A DNA stretch of 64,000 bases from Dehalococcoidia bacterium (GCA_965116305.1 OZ220673.1:2403362-2467361), one strand, 5' to 3'. Shown: positions 44,402 to 54,056, counted from the first letter of the stretch. Notes: a model not told the origin generated them from the letters alone. Numbers and translations: made by a program.

Positions 44402-45040
44402 CTAACGCTCCTGAACCTGAGCCGGACGCGGTCCAGAGTCACGGGGTTCACGAGGCTCACGGCGCTCACGGTCGCCCCTGTCTCGATCGCGTCGGGAACT
44501 CGCCTCCCGGCGCAACGGGGTGCGCCGGTCGGGCGCAGTGGGGAGCACCGCCTTCCGCGCGTGCTCCTCCTCGGTCGGAGCGAGCGCCTCCATCTGGCGA
44601 AGCCCCTGGATGGCAGCCTGCACGACGTTGATGGGGTTCCGGCTGCCGAGCGCCTTCGCGACGACGTCCTTCACGCCCAGCGCCTCCATGACCGCACGTA
44701 CGGCGCCTCCCGCCTTGATCCCCGCGCCCGGCTGCGCAGGCCGGAGCAGCACCTGGGATGCGCGGAACTTCGTCGTCACCGAATACGGTATCGTCGAACC
44801 GTTCAGCGTGATCGGCGTCATGTCCTTCCGGGCGATCGTTGCCCCCTTGCGGATGGCATCCGGGACGGCCTTGCCCTTGCCGAAGCCGACCCCGACCTGG
44901 CCCTGGCCGTCGCCCACCACGACAACAGCGTTGAACGTGAGGTTACGTCCGCCCTTCACCACCTTGGCGACCCTGCGGATGTGGACGACCTTCTCTTGCA
45001 GGTCGCTCTGCTCTTCGTTTGAACGCTCAGTCATTACCAT
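44402..45040 (-). CDS. rpsE: 30S ribosomal protein uS5 with a C-terminal Arg/Asp/Glu-rich tail of about 50 aa
   Basis: 212 aa. The core is ...VVHIRRVAKVVKGGRNLTFNAVVVVGDGQGQVGVGFGKGKAV.... The tail is ...RRTPLRREASSRRDRDRGDRERREPREPRDSGPRPAQVQER. Confidence 0.9.
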   Translation of the reverse strand: MVMTERSNEEQSDLQEKVVHIRRVAKVVKGGRNLTFNAVVVVGDGQGQVGVGFGKGKAVPDAIRKGATIARKDMTPITLNGSTIPYSVTTKFRASQVLLRPAQPGAGIKAGGAVRAVMEALGVKDVVAKALGSRNPINVVQAAIQGLRQMEALAPTEEEHARKAVLPTAPDRRTPLRREASSRRDRDRGDRERREPREPRDSGPRPAQVQER

Positions 45041-45043
45041 GGG

Positions 45044-45400
45044 TTAGAACTCCAGTCCTTCTTCCCGCGCGCCGTCCGCCAGCGCCTTCACGCGTCCGTG
45101 GTACTGGTAGCCGCCGCGGTCGAACACGACCGTCTCAACGCCCTTCGCCTTCGCACGACCGGCCACCAAGCGGCCCACTTCTTTGGCCGCATCCGTCTTG
45201 CCAAACGCGTCCTTCGGGAGTTCGCGCGAACTCGCCGCCGCTATGGTGTGCCCCGCGGTGTCGTCTATCACCTGTGCGTACGTGAACCGCGCGCTCCGGT
45301 AGACGTTCAACCTCGGGCGTGCAGTCGTACCCGACAGATGCCGCCTCAACCTGAGGTGCCTCACCACCCGCGCAGCGCGGTTCGTCTTGATCTTCGCCAT
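45044..45400 (-). CDS. rplR: 50S ribosomal protein uL18
   Basis: 118 aa. ...[20 protein letters not shown]...[28 protein letters not shown]. Confidence 0.95.
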   Translation of the reverse strand: MAKIKTNRAARVVRHLRLRRHLSGTTARPRLNVYRSARFTYAQVIDDTAGHTIAAASSRELPKDAFGKTDAAKEVGRLVAGRAKAKGVETVVFDRGGYQYHGRVKALADGAREEGLEF

Positions 45401-45404
45401 CCCG

Positions 45405-45944
45405 CTAACCCCTCTTCGCGGCGGACTTGCCTGGCTTCAGCCGGACCTTCTCGCCCATGTACCGCACGCCCTTACCCTTGTAGGCGTCCGGGGGCCTCAA
45501 ACGCCGCAGGCGCGCCGCCTGTTCCCCCACGATCTGCTTGTCTATGCCCCGTACGTGGATGCGGTTGACCCCCTCCACCTCGAACACCACGCCGTCCATG
45601 GGCTCGATCACCACGGGATGACTGAACCCCAGCTGCATGTTGACCGCATCGCCCTGGGCCTGCACCCGGTAGCCCACCAGCTCCATCGTCCGGGTGAAAC
45701 CTTCGCTCACGCCCGTGACCATGTTGGCCAGCAGCGCGCGCGTCAGCCCGTGCAATGCCCGCTGCTCACGGTCGTCCGACGCACGGCGCACCACGAGGGC
45801 GCCGTCCTCTTCCTGCACCGAGATGCCCGGGTTCACGGCCTGGCGCAACTCTCCGCGCTGTCCCTTGACGACGATCTCCCCATCGGCGACCTCCACGGAG
45901 ACGCCGCTGGGTATGGGTATGGGCTTCTTCCCGACTCGTGACAC
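45405..45944 (-). CDS. rplF: 50S ribosomal protein uL6
   Basis: 179 aa. [19 protein letters not shown]...[15 protein letters not shown]. Confidence 0.95.
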   Translation of the reverse strand: MSRVGKKPIPIPSGVSVEVADGEIVVKGQRGELRQAVNPGISVQEEDGALVVRRASDDREQRALHGLTRALLANMVTGVSEGFTRTMELVGYRVQAQGDAVNMQLGFSHPVVIEPMDGVVFEVEGVNRIHVRGIDKQIVGEQAARLRRLRPPDAYKGKGVRYMGEKVRLKPGKSAAKRG

Positions 45945-45954
45945 TTCCGTGCTC

Positions 45955-46353
45955 CTACCAGACGTACGCCATCAGCTCCCCGCCGATACCCCGGCGGTAC
46001 GCATCGCGTCCGGTCATGATCCCCTGCGACGTAGAGACGATAGAGATACCGACGCCACCGAAGGCGCGCGGCACGTCCTTCTTCTGCACGTGGATACGCA
46101 GGCCCGGCTTGCTGACCCGCTTCAGCCCGGTTATCCCCGGCTCCTGGTTCACCCTGTAGTGCAACTGCAGCCGCAGCCAGTTCTGCGTCTTCTGCCTCGA
46201 GATGCTGTAGTCGGAGATGTAGCCCTCGCTCTTCAGTATCTCCGCGATGGAGACCTTCACCTTGGAGGACGGCACATCGACGTCAGGGTGGCGGACCAGC
46301 AGCGCGTTCCTGATGCGCGTGAGCATGTCTGCTATGGGATCGGTCATTGTCAT
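45955..46353 (-). CDS. rpsH: 30S ribosomal protein uS8
   Basis: 132 aa. MTMTDPIADMLTRIRNALLV...GIGGELMAYVW. Confidence 0.95.
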   Translation of the reverse strand: MTMTDPIADMLTRIRNALLVRHPDVDVPSSKVKVSIAEILKSEGYISDYSISRQKTQNWLRLQLHYRVNQEPGITGLKRVSKPGLRIHVQKKDVPRAFGGVGISIVSTSQGIMTGRDAYRRGIGGELMAYVW

Positions 46354-46363
46354 AGCGCGCCTC

Positions 46364-46549
46364 TTACCAACTGGCCTTCCGCACTCCGGGCAACTGACCG
46401 GTCAGCGCCATCTGCCGGAAGCAGACGCGGCACAGGCCGGCGAACCGGATGTACGCACGCGGCCTGCCGCACCGGTTGCAGCGGTTCATCGCCCGCACCT
46501 TGTACGGGGCCTCCCGCTTCCACTTCGCCAGTTTGCTCTTCTTCGCCAA
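46364..46549 (-). CDS. rpsN: 30S ribosomal protein uS14, short type-Z Zn-binding form
   Basis: 61 aa. ...[40 protein letters not shown]. Confidence 0.95.
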   Translation of the reverse strand: MAKKSKLAKWKREAPYKVRAMNRCNRCGRPRAYIRFAGLCRVCFRQMALTGQLPGVRKASW

Positions 46550-46562
46550 GGCCCTCCGCCTC

Positions 46563-47408
46563 CTAGTTCGTCTGCACTCGTGCGAACGGCATTCCCATCA
46601 GTTCCAACAGACGGAAACCCTCCGCATCCGTGCGCGCACTCGTCGTGATGACCACCTGGAACCCCCGTACGCGGTCCACGCTGCCGTAATCGATCTCAGG
46701 GAACACGATCTGCTCACGGAAACCCAGGGCGTAGTTGCCCCGGCCATCGAAGGAGTCCCGCGGGACACCGCGGAAGTCCCTGATACGCGGCAGCGCCGTC
46801 GAGATCATCCTGTCCAGGAACTCGTACATCCGCCTGCCACGCAACGTGACCATCACGCCGATGGCCTGCCCTTCCCGCACCTTGAAGCCCGCGACCGATC
46901 TGCGGGCCTTCGTGATCACGGGCTTCTGGCCGGTGATCGCCGCCACGTGTCCGGGCGTCGTCTCCAGGGCGCGGGTGTTCGTCAAGCCTTCGCCGAGCCC
47001 CACGTTGAGCACTACCTTCTTCACTTCCGGCGCCTGCATCGCACTCGAGTAGCCAAACTCGTTGATGAGTTGCCCACGGATCTCTTCGCGATAGCGGCCC
47101 ATGAGCCTGGGCAGCGGGCGCTGTTCGACGACCGGCTTCGTCCGCTTCGGGGCCGAACGCCTCCGCGCGGTCCTGCCCGTCGCGGGCGCTTCCGTCTCCG
47201 GCTCAGCGACAGCAACCTCAGCAGCAGGCACTGCTTCCTCAGCAGCCGCGGCAGCGGTCCGTCGACGCGTACGAGGCTGCGGCGCAGACTCTCCGCTTGC
47301 ACTCCGGCGCGTCCGCGTGGCCCGCTTCGGCTTTTCTTCCGCTGCGGCCGGCTCCTGATCCGGTGCGCTGTTTTCAGCGTCTGTCGTCAACTGAACATCC
47401 CCTCGCAT
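46563..47408 (-). CDS. rplE: 50S ribosomal protein uL5 with an N-terminal mixed acidic/basic extension of about 100 aa
   Basis: 281 aa ORF. The canonical uL5 begins near ...[42 protein letters not shown]. The extension is rich in A/E/R/T (..[29 protein letters not shown]..). ATG 47408 overlaps the rplX 3' end by 22 nt. An alternative internal ATG near 47103 would leave a gap of about 285 nt. Confidence 0.75.
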   Translation of the reverse strand: MRGDVQLTTDAENSAPDQEPAAAEEKPKRATRTRRSASGESAPQPRTRRRTAAAAAEEAVPAAEVAVAEPETEAPATGRTARRRSAPKRTKPVVEQRPLPRLMGRYREEIRGQLINEFGYSSAMQAPEVKKVVLNVGLGEGLTNTRALETTPGHVAAITGQKPVITKARRSVAGFKVREGQAIGVMVTLRGRRMYEFLDRMISTALPRIRDFRGVPRDSFDGRGNYALGFREQIVFPEIDYGSVDRVRGFQVVITTSARTDAEGFRLLELMGMPFARVQTN

Positions 47409-47707
47409 TTCTTACACATGCGCGACTTCCTGCCGTCCTCGAGCACCCTGATGGCGATGCGCGTGGGCTGGTTGCACGCCGGACAGACCGGCATGAGCTT
47501 CGACGCATGGATGGGCATCTCCTTGTCGATGATGCCCGCCTGCCGGGCGCCGCCCACGCCCGAGCGTTGGTGCCGCTTGACGATGTTCACACCGTCCACC
47601 AGCACCTTCCCGTTGTCCGGCAAGACGCGCTGTATCTTGCCGCGCTTGCCCTTGTCACGGCCTGCTATCACCATCACCTCGTCGTCCCGCTGCAACCGCG
47701 CCGTCAT
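47387..47707 (-). CDS. rplX: 50S ribosomal protein uL24 (C-terminal CxxC..CxxC Zn-ribbon form)
   Basis: The start is set at [25 protein letters not shown] (ATG 47707, sharing one nt with the rplN stop). The C-terminus is ...[35 protein letters not shown]. Confidence 0.9.
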   Translation of the reverse strand: MTARLQRDDEVMVIAGRDKGKRGKIQRVLPDNGKVLVDGVNIVKRHQRSGVGGARQAGIIDKEMPIHASKLMPVCPACNQPTRIAIRVLEDGRKSRMCKKCEGMFS

Positions 47708-48075
47708 CACAGCACCTCCGGAGCGAGCGAAACGATGCGCATGAAGTTGCGTTCGCGCAACTCCCGGGCCACCGGCCCGAAGATACGCGTACCGCGCGGC
47801 ATCTCCGACTGCGCCAGGATAACTGCCGCGTTGTCGTCGAACCGTATGGTGGAGCCGTCCGGACGCTTGGTCACGGCGCTCGTTCGTACCACGACAGCGC
47901 GCACCACCTCGCCCTTCTTCACGGCGCTGTTCGGCTGCGCGTGCTTGACCGACGCCACGATGATGTCGCCGACCCTGGCGTAACGCCTGCGCGTCCCGCC
48001 GGGGATGTTGAAGCACATGATCTCTTTCGCGCCGGAGTTGTCGGCGACATTCAAGCGCGTCTGCGGCTGAATCAC
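47707..48075 (-). CDS. rplN: 50S ribosomal protein uL14
   Basis: 122 aa. [24 protein letters not shown]... Confidence 0.95.
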   Translation of the reverse strand: MIQPQTRLNVADNSGAKEIMCFNIPGGTRRRYARVGDIIVASVKHAQPNSAVKKGEVVRAVVVRTSAVTKRPDGSTIRFDDNAAVILAQSEMPRGTRIFGPVARELRERNFMRIVSLAPEVL

Positions 48076-48947
48076 GACGTCTTCTCCTCGCTCGTCCCTT
48101 CAGCATCCGCTTCTTCGGCGGCCTCCGGCTCCTCTGCATCAGCTGCCGGCTCATCGGCCTCAGCGACCGCAGGGGCGTCGTCGTCACCGGCTTCCTCTAC
48201 CGGTTCCTCAGCGGGCTCCTCGGTCGATTCCTCGACCTCGGCGACCGCGGCCTCGTCTTCAGCGTCGGCCTCTTCCGTCGTTTCCTCAGCAGGCTCGTCA
48301 GCCGGTCCCTCTACCTCTGCAACGGCGGCCTCGTCTTCAGCGTCGGCCTCTTCCGTCGTTTCCTCAGCAGGCTCTTCGGCCGGTTCCTCTACCTCTGCAA
48401 CGGCGGCCTCTTCTTCAGCGTCCGCCTCTTCCACCGGCTCTTCAGCCGCCTCTGCTTCCGTTTCCTCGACCTCAGCGACGGCAGTCTCGTCTTCCGCGTC
48501 TGCTTCTGTTTCCTCGGTCTCTGCAGCGGCAGCTTCGTCCTCTACTTCCACAACGGCAACCGCCTCCTCAGCAGTTTCCTCTGCGGTTGACTCTTCTGCC
48601 TCGACAACGGCAACCGGCTCTTCGACCGCAGCCGCCTCCAGTGTCTCCTCGGCCTCTACGGTCGTGTCGACCTGCGACGCCTGCACGACCTCTTCCCGGT
48701 GCAGCAGTTCGGCGACGCGCCAGCGCTTGGTGCGGGAGAGGGGCCTCGTCTCCATCAGGCGGACGACGTCCCCGACCTTGTACTCGTTCTGTTCGTCGTG
48801 CGCCTTGAATTTCTTCACGTGCCGCACGGACTTGTGGTAGATGGGGTGATGCACGCGGCGCTCCACGACCACGACCACGGTCTTGTCCATCACGTCGCTG
48901 ACCACGCGGCCAACGCGGCTCTTGCGGAGGGCAGCTCTTTCGTTCAT
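48072..48947 (-). CDS. rpsQ: 30S ribosomal protein uS17 with a C-terminal poly-acidic tail of about 200 aa
   Basis: 291 aa. The core is ...[42 protein letters not shown]...[16 protein letters not shown]. It is followed by E/A/T/V/P-rich repeats up to a stop that overlaps the rplN ATG by 4 nt. Confidence 0.85.
   Translation of the reverse strand: MNERAALRKSRVGRVVSDVMDKTVVVVVERRVHHPIYHKSVRHVKKFKAHDEQNEYKVGDVVRLMETRPLSRTKRWRVAELLHREEVVQASQVDTTVEAEETLEAAAVEEPVAVVEAEESTAEETAEEAVAVVEVEDEAAAAETEETEADAEDETAVAEVEETEAEAAEEPVEEADAEEEAAVAEVEEPAEEPAEETTEEADAEDEAAVAEVEGPADEPAEETTEEADAEDEAAVAEVEESTEEPAEEPVEEAGDDDAPAVAEADEPAADAEEPEAAEEADAEGTSEEKTS
48249..48482. repeat. 78-bp tandem repeat (about 3 copies) inside the rpsQ tail
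   Basis: GGCCTCGTCTTCAGCGTCGGCCTCTTCCGTCGTTTCCTCAGCAGGCTC... restarts at 48249, 48327 and 48405. It encodes 26-aa units (..[23 protein letters not shown]..). Confidence 0.8.
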
Positions 48948-49153
48948 ACCGCGCCTCCCATGAGTTCGCGTTCCCGCGCCACAGTCAGGATGTGCGCAAG
49001 GCGGCGCTTCGCGTCCCGCAACTCGGACGGGTCCGAGAGTTGGCGCGTCGCCACCTTGAAGCGCAGGTTCATCAGCTCCAGGCGTGTGCTGAACTCCTCT
49101 TCCTTGAGGCGTTCGTCGGACAGCGCCCGTACCGTTTCTATCTTGGCTCTCAT
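48944..49153 (-). CDS. rpmC: 50S ribosomal protein uL29
   Basis: 69 aa. ...[29 protein letters not shown]... Confidence 0.9.
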   Translation of the reverse strand: MRAKIETVRALSDERLKEEEFSTRLELMNLRFKVATRQLSDPSELRDAKRRLAHILTVARERELMGGAV

Positions 49154-49167
49154 GCTCTATCTCACCG

Positions 49168-49593
49168 CTAGCTGGTAACGAGCGGCTCCTCCCTGCTTAC
49201 CATCCTCGTTTGCACCGGCATCTTCTGCGCTGCGCGCGCAAGCGCTTCCTTCGCAAGCTCCGCGGGCACTCCGCCGACCTCGTACATCACGCGCCCCGGC
49301 TTCACCAGAGCGACCCAGGCGTCCACGGGGCCCTTGCCGCCGCCCTGCCGGGTCTCGGCCGGCTTGCGCGTGATGGGCTTGGCCGGGAACACCCTGATCC
49401 ACACCTTTCCGCCACGGCGGAGGTGACGCGTGATGGCTCGGCGACCGGCCTCGATCTGGCGCGCGGTTATCCAGCCCGCGTCCAGCGTCTTCAGGCCGAA
49501 ATCGCCGAAGCGCACGGAACTGCCCCGCACCGCCATGCCGCGCATGCGACCGCGATGCTGCTTCCGGAACTTAGTTCTCTTCGGTTGAAGCAT
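49168..49593 (-). CDS. rplP: 50S ribosomal protein uL16
   Basis: 141 aa. [19 protein letters not shown]... Confidence 0.95.
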   Translation of the reverse strand: MLQPKRTKFRKQHRGRMRGMAVRGSSVRFGDFGLKTLDAGWITARQIEAGRRAITRHLRRGGKVWIRVFPAKPITRKPAETRQGGGKGPVDAWVALVKPGRVMYEVGGVPAELAKEALARAAQKMPVQTRMVSREEPLVTS

Positions 49594-50464
49594 CTGCTTC
49601 TCCCTCGTTCTCCGCGTCCTCGACGGCGCCTTCCGGGGCCGCCTCAGGAGTCTCCTCTACTGCCTGCTCCTCCACCGCCTCGGGCTCGCTGCCCTCCACG
49701 GCAACCGGAGCTTCCTCGGGGTCAGCGACTGCCGTCGCAGTGCCCGAGGCCTGCGCAGCAAGCGCCTCCTGGGCCGCGGCGACGATCTCCGCCGGGACCT
49801 CGGGCGCAGCGGGCTGGGCGCGTTCGGGCTCCTTGAGCACGTCGCCCCGGTATATCCACACCTTCACGCCTATCCGACCCATGGTCGTGCTCGCTTCCGC
49901 CAGCCCATAGTCGATGTCGGCGCGCAACGTGTGCAGCGGCACGCGGCCATCCATCACCTTCTCGCGCCGGGCGATCTCCGCGCCGCCCAGGCGTCCGGAT
50001 ACCATCACCTTGATCCCGCGAGCCCCGGCCTGCATGGAGCGCATCACCGCCTGACGCGTCGCGCGACGGTACATCACACGGCGTTCCAATTGGTCCGCCA
50101 CGTTCCGCGCGACGAGGTACGCGTCCAACTCCGGCTGGCGTATCTCCAACACGTTGAGTCGGACCCGCTTCCCGCCCGCGGCGCCTTCCACGAGCTTCCG
50201 CAGCTCGTCCACGCGCTGGCCGCCCCGGCCGATAACGATGCCCGGACGCGCGGTGTGCACGTTGATCGTGATGTCCTGCGTGCTCCGCTCGATCTCCACC
50301 CGCGAGATGCCGGCCTCGGCATACTGCTTGCGGATCACTTCGCGGATGCGCCAGTCCTCCACGACCTGCTCGGAGTACTGCTTGCCCGTTCCCGCGAACC
50401 AGCGCGACTGCCAGCCCTTGATCACGCCAAGGCGGAAGCCGATGGGATGTGTCTTGTGTCCCAC
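49571..50464 (-). CDS. rpsC: 30S ribosomal protein uS3 with a C-terminal Ala/Glu/Pro-rich tail of about 75 aa
   Basis: 297 aa. The core is [24 protein letters not shown]...[12 protein letters not shown]. The tail is ...[13 protein letters not shown]...[28 protein letters not shown]...[10 protein letters not shown] and overlaps the rplP start by 23 nt. Confidence 0.9.
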   Translation of the reverse strand: MGHKTHPIGFRLGVIKGWQSRWFAGTGKQYSEQVVEDWRIREVIRKQYAEAGISRVEIERSTQDITINVHTARPGIVIGRGGQRVDELRKLVEGAAGGKRVRLNVLEIRQPELDAYLVARNVADQLERRVMYRRATRQAVMRSMQAGARGIKVMVSGRLGGAEIARREKVMDGRVPLHTLRADIDYGLAEASTTMGRIGVKVWIYRGDVLKEPERAQPAAPEVPAEIVAAAQEALAAQASGTATAVADPEEAPVAVEGSEPEAVEEQAVEETPEAAPEGAVEDAENEGEADASTEEN

Positions 50465-50468
50465 GCGC

Positions 50469-50807
50469 TCAGTCTCCCTGTTCGTCCACGACGATGGTGA
50501 TGTGGCTCGCCTGCCTTGCGATGCGGCTCACGCGGCCCCGCGACCGTGCGCGGAACCGGCGTATCTTCACCGCCTGGTTCGCGTAGGCAGACACCACTAC
50601 CAGCCTCGTCGGGTCCATCTGCTCGTTGTTCTCGGCATTCGCCGCCGCCGACTTCAACAGCGACAGCACTTCCTCCGCCGTAGGGCCCGGCTGGAAGCGC
50701 AACTCGTTGAGCGCAGCCTGAACGGGCCGCCCCTGCAGCGCGCGCAGCAGCGGGCGCACCCGCTTGGGCGATATCCCTACCTGCCTGCCTGTTGCCCGGA
50801 CCGGCAT
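50469..50807 (-). CDS. rplV: 50S ribosomal protein uL22
   Basis: 112 aa. ...[27 protein letters not shown]... Confidence 0.9.
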   Translation of the reverse strand: MPVRATGRQVGISPKRVRPLLRALQGRPVQAALNELRFQPGPTAEEVLSLLKSAAANAENNEQMDPTRLVVVSAYANQAVKIRRFRARSRGRVSRIARQASHITIVVDEQGD

Positions 50808-50810
50808 CGC

Positions 50811-51098
50811 CTACCGCCTCACCGAAGACTGACGTTCCGACTTGGAGATATGGCCGCGGAACGTCCGGGTCGGAGCGAACTCGCCCAGCTTGTGTCCCAC
50901 CATGTTCTCCGTGATGAACACCGGGATATGCCGACGCCCGTCATGCACCGCGATCGTCATGCCGAGCATGTCCGGCATGATGGTCGAAGCGCGCGACCAC
51001 GTCGTGATGACCACCTTGGTGCCCGAGTTCTGGGCGCGGGTGACCTTCTTCGCGAGTTTCGGGTGCACGTACGGCCCCTTCTTCACTGAGCGCGACAT
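50811..51098 (-). CDS. rpsS: 30S ribosomal protein uS19
   Basis: 95 aa. [15 protein letters not shown]...[33 protein letters not shown]. Confidence 0.95.
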   Translation of the reverse strand: MSRSVKKGPYVHPKLAKKVTRAQNSGTKVVITTWSRASTIMPDMLGMTIAVHDGRRHIPVFITENMVGHKLGEFAPTRTFRGHISKSERQSSVRR

Positions 51099-51101
51099 GG
51101 C

Positions 51102-51932
51102 TTACCGCTTCCTCCTGTCACGAACGATGAACACGTCCGTGTGCATACGGCGGCGCGTCTTCGGACCCAGCGCGGGCTTGCCCCACGGGGTCTTCGGGTG
51201 CGTCATCCCGATGCCTGCGCGGCCCTCGCCGCCGCCGTGGGGGTGATCGCTCGGGTTCATCGCGGTACCGCGCGTGTGCGGTCGCTTGCCGAGATGCCGG
51301 TTCCGCCCGGCCTTCCCCAGCGACGCGTTCTTGTGCTCCGCGTTGCCCACCTGGCCTATCGTGGCCTGGCACGTGCTCGGGACACGCCGGATCTGGCCGG
51401 AGGGCAGCCGCAACAGCGCCGTTTCATCGTCACGGGCAAGCAGCTGCGCGCCGGTGCCGGCGCCCCGGCACATCTGGCCGCCCTTGCCGGGCTGCAACTC
51501 GATGTTGTGCACCATCGTGCCGGTCGGGATGTTCCGCAGCGGCATCGCGTTCCCCACGCGTATCTCCGCGTCCGGACCGGACACCAGGGAATCGCCCACC
51601 TTCACCCCACCCGGGGCGAGGATGTAGCGCCGCGCTCCGTCCGCGTACAGCAACAGCGCGATGCGCGCGGAGCGGTTCGGGTCGTACTCGATGGACTCCA
51701 CCTTGCAGGGGACGCCCGGCTTGTTGCGCTTGAAATCGATGTCGCGCCAGGCCCGCTTCGCGCCGCCTCCGCGGTGCCGAACGGTCATCTTGCCGCGGAC
51801 GTTCCTGCCCCCGCTCTTGTGGAGGCCTTTCGTCAGCGGCTTGTGCGGCGACCGCCGCGTCACCTCCGAGAAGTCGGGGCGCACCGCGGCACGAACGCCG
51901 GGGCTGGTGGGGTTCAATCGCTTCAACGGCAT
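51102..51932 (-). CDS. rplB: 50S ribosomal protein uL2
   Basis: The start is set at [14 protein letters not shown] (ATG 51932) inside ORF 51102..52016. ...[18 protein letters not shown]. Confidence 0.95.
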   Translation of the reverse strand: MPLKRLNPTSPGVRAAVRPDFSEVTRRSPHKPLTKGLHKSGGRNVRGKMTVRHRGGGAKRAWRDIDFKRNKPGVPCKVESIEYDPNRSARIALLLYADGARRYILAPGGVKVGDSLVSGPDAEIRVGNAMPLRNIPTGTMVHNIELQPGKGGQMCRGAGTGAQLLARDDETALLRLPSGQIRRVPSTCQATIGQVGNAEHKNASLGKAGRNRHLGKRPHTRGTAMNPSDHPHGGGEGRAGIGMTHPKTPWGKPALGPKTRRRMHTDVFIVRDRRKR

Positions 51933-51934
51933 CG

Positions 51935-52222
51935 TTACGCTCCCTCGAACAGCTGGATCGTGTCGCCCGGAGCGACGGTAACGATCGCCTTCTTCGTCGC
52001 CGGAGTCCGAAGCCACCGCCCGTTGCGGAGACGCCGGTTCTCTCCGGCGGTGTGCACCATGTTCACGTTCGTAACCTTGACCTCGAAGGCCCGTTGCACC
52101 GCCTCGCGCACCTGCACCTTGTTCGCGGACGGCATCACTTCGAAGACGTACTTGTTCTGCTCCTGCAGCAGGGTCGACTTCTCCGTGATCAACGGCCGCT
52201 TCAATACCTGAAAGATATGCAT
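51935..52222 (-). CDS. rplW: 50S ribosomal protein uL23
   Basis: The start is set at [16 protein letters not shown] (ATG 52222, sharing one nt with the rplD stop). Confidence 0.9.
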   Translation of the reverse strand: MHIFQVLKRPLITEKSTLLQEQNKYVFEVMPSANKVQVREAVQRAFEVKVTNVNMVHTAGENRRLRNGRWLRTPATKKAIVTVAPGDTIQLFEGA

Positions 52223-52875
52223 CAGGCCACCGCCTCCTGCGTTCGCACGCGGCGGGTGTCCGACCATATCTCGTCCGTGCGCCGGACCGCGTCCGGGCTC
52301 ATGAGCACTGCGTCGTAGCGAAGCAGGTCCAACACATTCACGAGGTCGGCGCGGATGGCCTTCACGCGGGGGATGTTCCGCACCGCGACTCCGGTCTGCG
52401 ATTCCGCTCCCAGCACGACGAGCGCCGAGCCTTTCACCTCGAAGGCGGACAGCACTGCCGCCATCGCCTTCGTCTTCTGCTCCATCGAGTCCAGCCCGTC
52501 GACAACGAACAGCCGCTCCGCGGCTACCTTGCCCGACAGCGCCGTCCGGATCGCCTGCCGGCGCATCTGCTTGGGCATCCGCTGCCGGTACGAGCGGGGC
52601 GTCGGCCCGAAAGCCACACCGCCTCCGCGATGGTGCGGCGACTTCCAGGAGCCCTGCCGCGCACGGCCGGTGCCCTTCTGGGAGAAAGGCTTGCGGCCGG
52701 TGCCGTTCACCTGTCCTCGCGTCAGGGTGTTGCTGGAGCCCTGCCGCTGGTTCGCGCGGTGGTACACCAACGCCTGGTGCAGCAGCTCCGGGTTCTCAGG
52801 CGCGCCGAAGACCACGTCGCTGACTTCCAGCGTGTCCGTGCCGTTGGCGCTCACGTCGTACAGAGGAAGTTGCAT
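52222..52875 (-). CDS. rplD: 50S ribosomal protein uL4
   Basis: 217 aa. ...[40 protein letters not shown]. Confidence 0.95.
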   Translation of the reverse strand: MQLPLYDVSANGTDTLEVSDVVFGAPENPELLHQALVYHRANQRQGSSNTLTRGQVNGTGRKPFSQKGTGRARQGSWKSPHHRGGGVAFGPTPRSYRQRMPKQMRRQAIRTALSGKVAAERLFVVDGLDSMEQKTKAMAAVLSAFEVKGSALVVLGAESQTGVAVRNIPRVKAIRADLVNVLDLLRYDAVLMSPDAVRRTDEIWSDTRRVRTQEAVA

Positions 52876-54056
52876 CAGGAACGCTCCTCCTCTTTGTCGG
52901 GCTGCTCGGCATCCCCGGCCTCGGCTTCGTCGCCCGACTCATCGTCGGCAGGCGCTTCGTCGACCGACGCTTCTTCAGCCGCAGGCTCGTCGGCAGATGC
53001 TTCTTCAGCCGCAGGCTCGTCGGCAGATGCTTCTTCAGCCGCAGGCTCGTCGGCAGATGCTTCTTCAGCCGACGCCTCGTCACCCGACGTCTCGTCGACT
53101 TCGGCTGCGGGCTCTTCAACTTCTGCGACAGGCTCTTCCTCCGACGTCTCCGTCGACGGTTCCTCCGCAGCAGCTTCTTCGGCTTCCGCTGCCGGTTCGT
53201 CTGCAACAGTCTCCTCAACCTCCGCCACCGGCTCCTCCCGGAGAACTTCTTCGGCCTCGGCCGGCTGTTCCGCCGCGACAGTCTCCTCGACTTCCGCGAC
53301 CGGTTCCTCCGCCGCCGGTTCCTCAGCCTCCGTTGCGGTCTCCTCAACCACCGCTTCCTCTACCTCGGCGACCGCCTCTTCCACGACGGCTTCCTCGACA
53401 ACCGGCTCTTCAGGAACGATGCGCTCCGCCACGGGAACGCCGTGTGCGTAGCGCACCATCACGGTGGTGTTGCGCGCGCCGGGAACGGCGCCCCGCACGA
53501 AGAGCAGGTTGCGCTCGGCGTCTACCTCAACGACCTTGAGCTTGCGGACGGTCTTGCGCTTGTTGCCCATGTGGCCGGGCATCTTTTTGCCCTTCAACAC
53601 ACGACCCGGGTACGTCCCCGCGCCGATGGAACCTACCGCCCGGCCACGGTCGCCCTGACCGTGCGTCTTCTGTCCGCCGCCGAAGCCGTGACGCCGCATG
53701 GCGCCCTGGAAACCGCGGCCCTTGGTCGTCGACACCACGTCGACGAGGTCATCGGCCTGGAACTGATTGACCCGTAACTCCTGGCCCACCTTGTAGGAAG
53801 AGACGTCGTCTGAGCCGAACTCGCGCAGGTGCCGTAACCGCGCGCCCGACAACGCCAAGTGTCCCGCCGCGGGTCTGCTCAACTGCTTCACCGAGCCGTA
53901 GCCCAGTTGGACGGCTTCGTACCCGTCGCGTTCCTCGGTGCGGACCTGTGTGACGACACAAGGCCCGACTTCGAGCACGGTGACAGGGATGACCCGCGCC
54001 TCTGAAGCGAAGAGGTGCGTCATCCCTATCTTCTTGCCTATCAGTCCTTCGATCAT
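52875..54056 (-). CDS. rplC: 50S ribosomal protein uL3 with a C-terminal poly-acidic tail of about 180 aa
   Basis: 393 aa. The core is [16 protein letters not shown]...[24 protein letters not shown]...[14 protein letters not shown]. The tail then carries EEPVAEVEE and [10 protein letters not shown] repeats. Its stop shares one nt with the rplD ATG. Confidence 0.85.
   Translation of the reverse strand: MIEGLIGKKIGMTHLFASEARVIPVTVLEVGPCVVTQVRTEERDGYEAVQLGYGSVKQLSRPAAGHLALSGARLRHLREFGSDDVSSYKVGQELRVNQFQADDLVDVVSTTKGRGFQGAMRRHGFGGGQKTHGQGDRGRAVGSIGAGTYPGRVLKGKKMPGHMGNKRKTVRKLKVVEVDAERNLLFVRGAVPGARNTTVMVRYAHGVPVAERIVPEEPVVEEAVVEEAVAEVEEAVVEETATEAEEPAAEEPVAEVEETVAAEQPAEAEEVLREEPVAEVEETVADEPAAEAEEAAAEEPSTETSEEEPVAEVEEPAAEVDETSGDEASAEEASADEPAAEEASADEPAAEEASADEPAAEEASVDEAPADDESGDEAEAGDAEQPDKEEERS
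52951..53070. repeat. 30-bp tandem repeat inside the rplC tail: three perfect copies plus one degenerate copy
   Basis: GCAGGCTCGTCGGCAGATGCTTCTTCAGCC occurs three times at 52981-53070, preceded by the diverged copy GGCGCTTCGTCGACCGACGCTTCTTCAGCC. It encodes [10 protein letters not shown] three times. Confidence 0.9.

Noticed and set aside
47708-48187. N-terminal 160-aa extension of the uL24 ORF (track ORF 47387..48187).
   Set aside because: The upstream part overlaps rplN in a different frame and is Arg-rich nonsense. The canonical uL24 N-terminus ([16 protein letters not shown]) starts at 47707, coupled to the rplN stop. The same logic was applied to the over-long track ORFs for rpsM, infA, map, adk, rplB, rplW, lpdA, ahcY, the phosphohexomutase, the ABC ATPase, thiD, the HU gene, pduO and the alcohol dehydrogenase.
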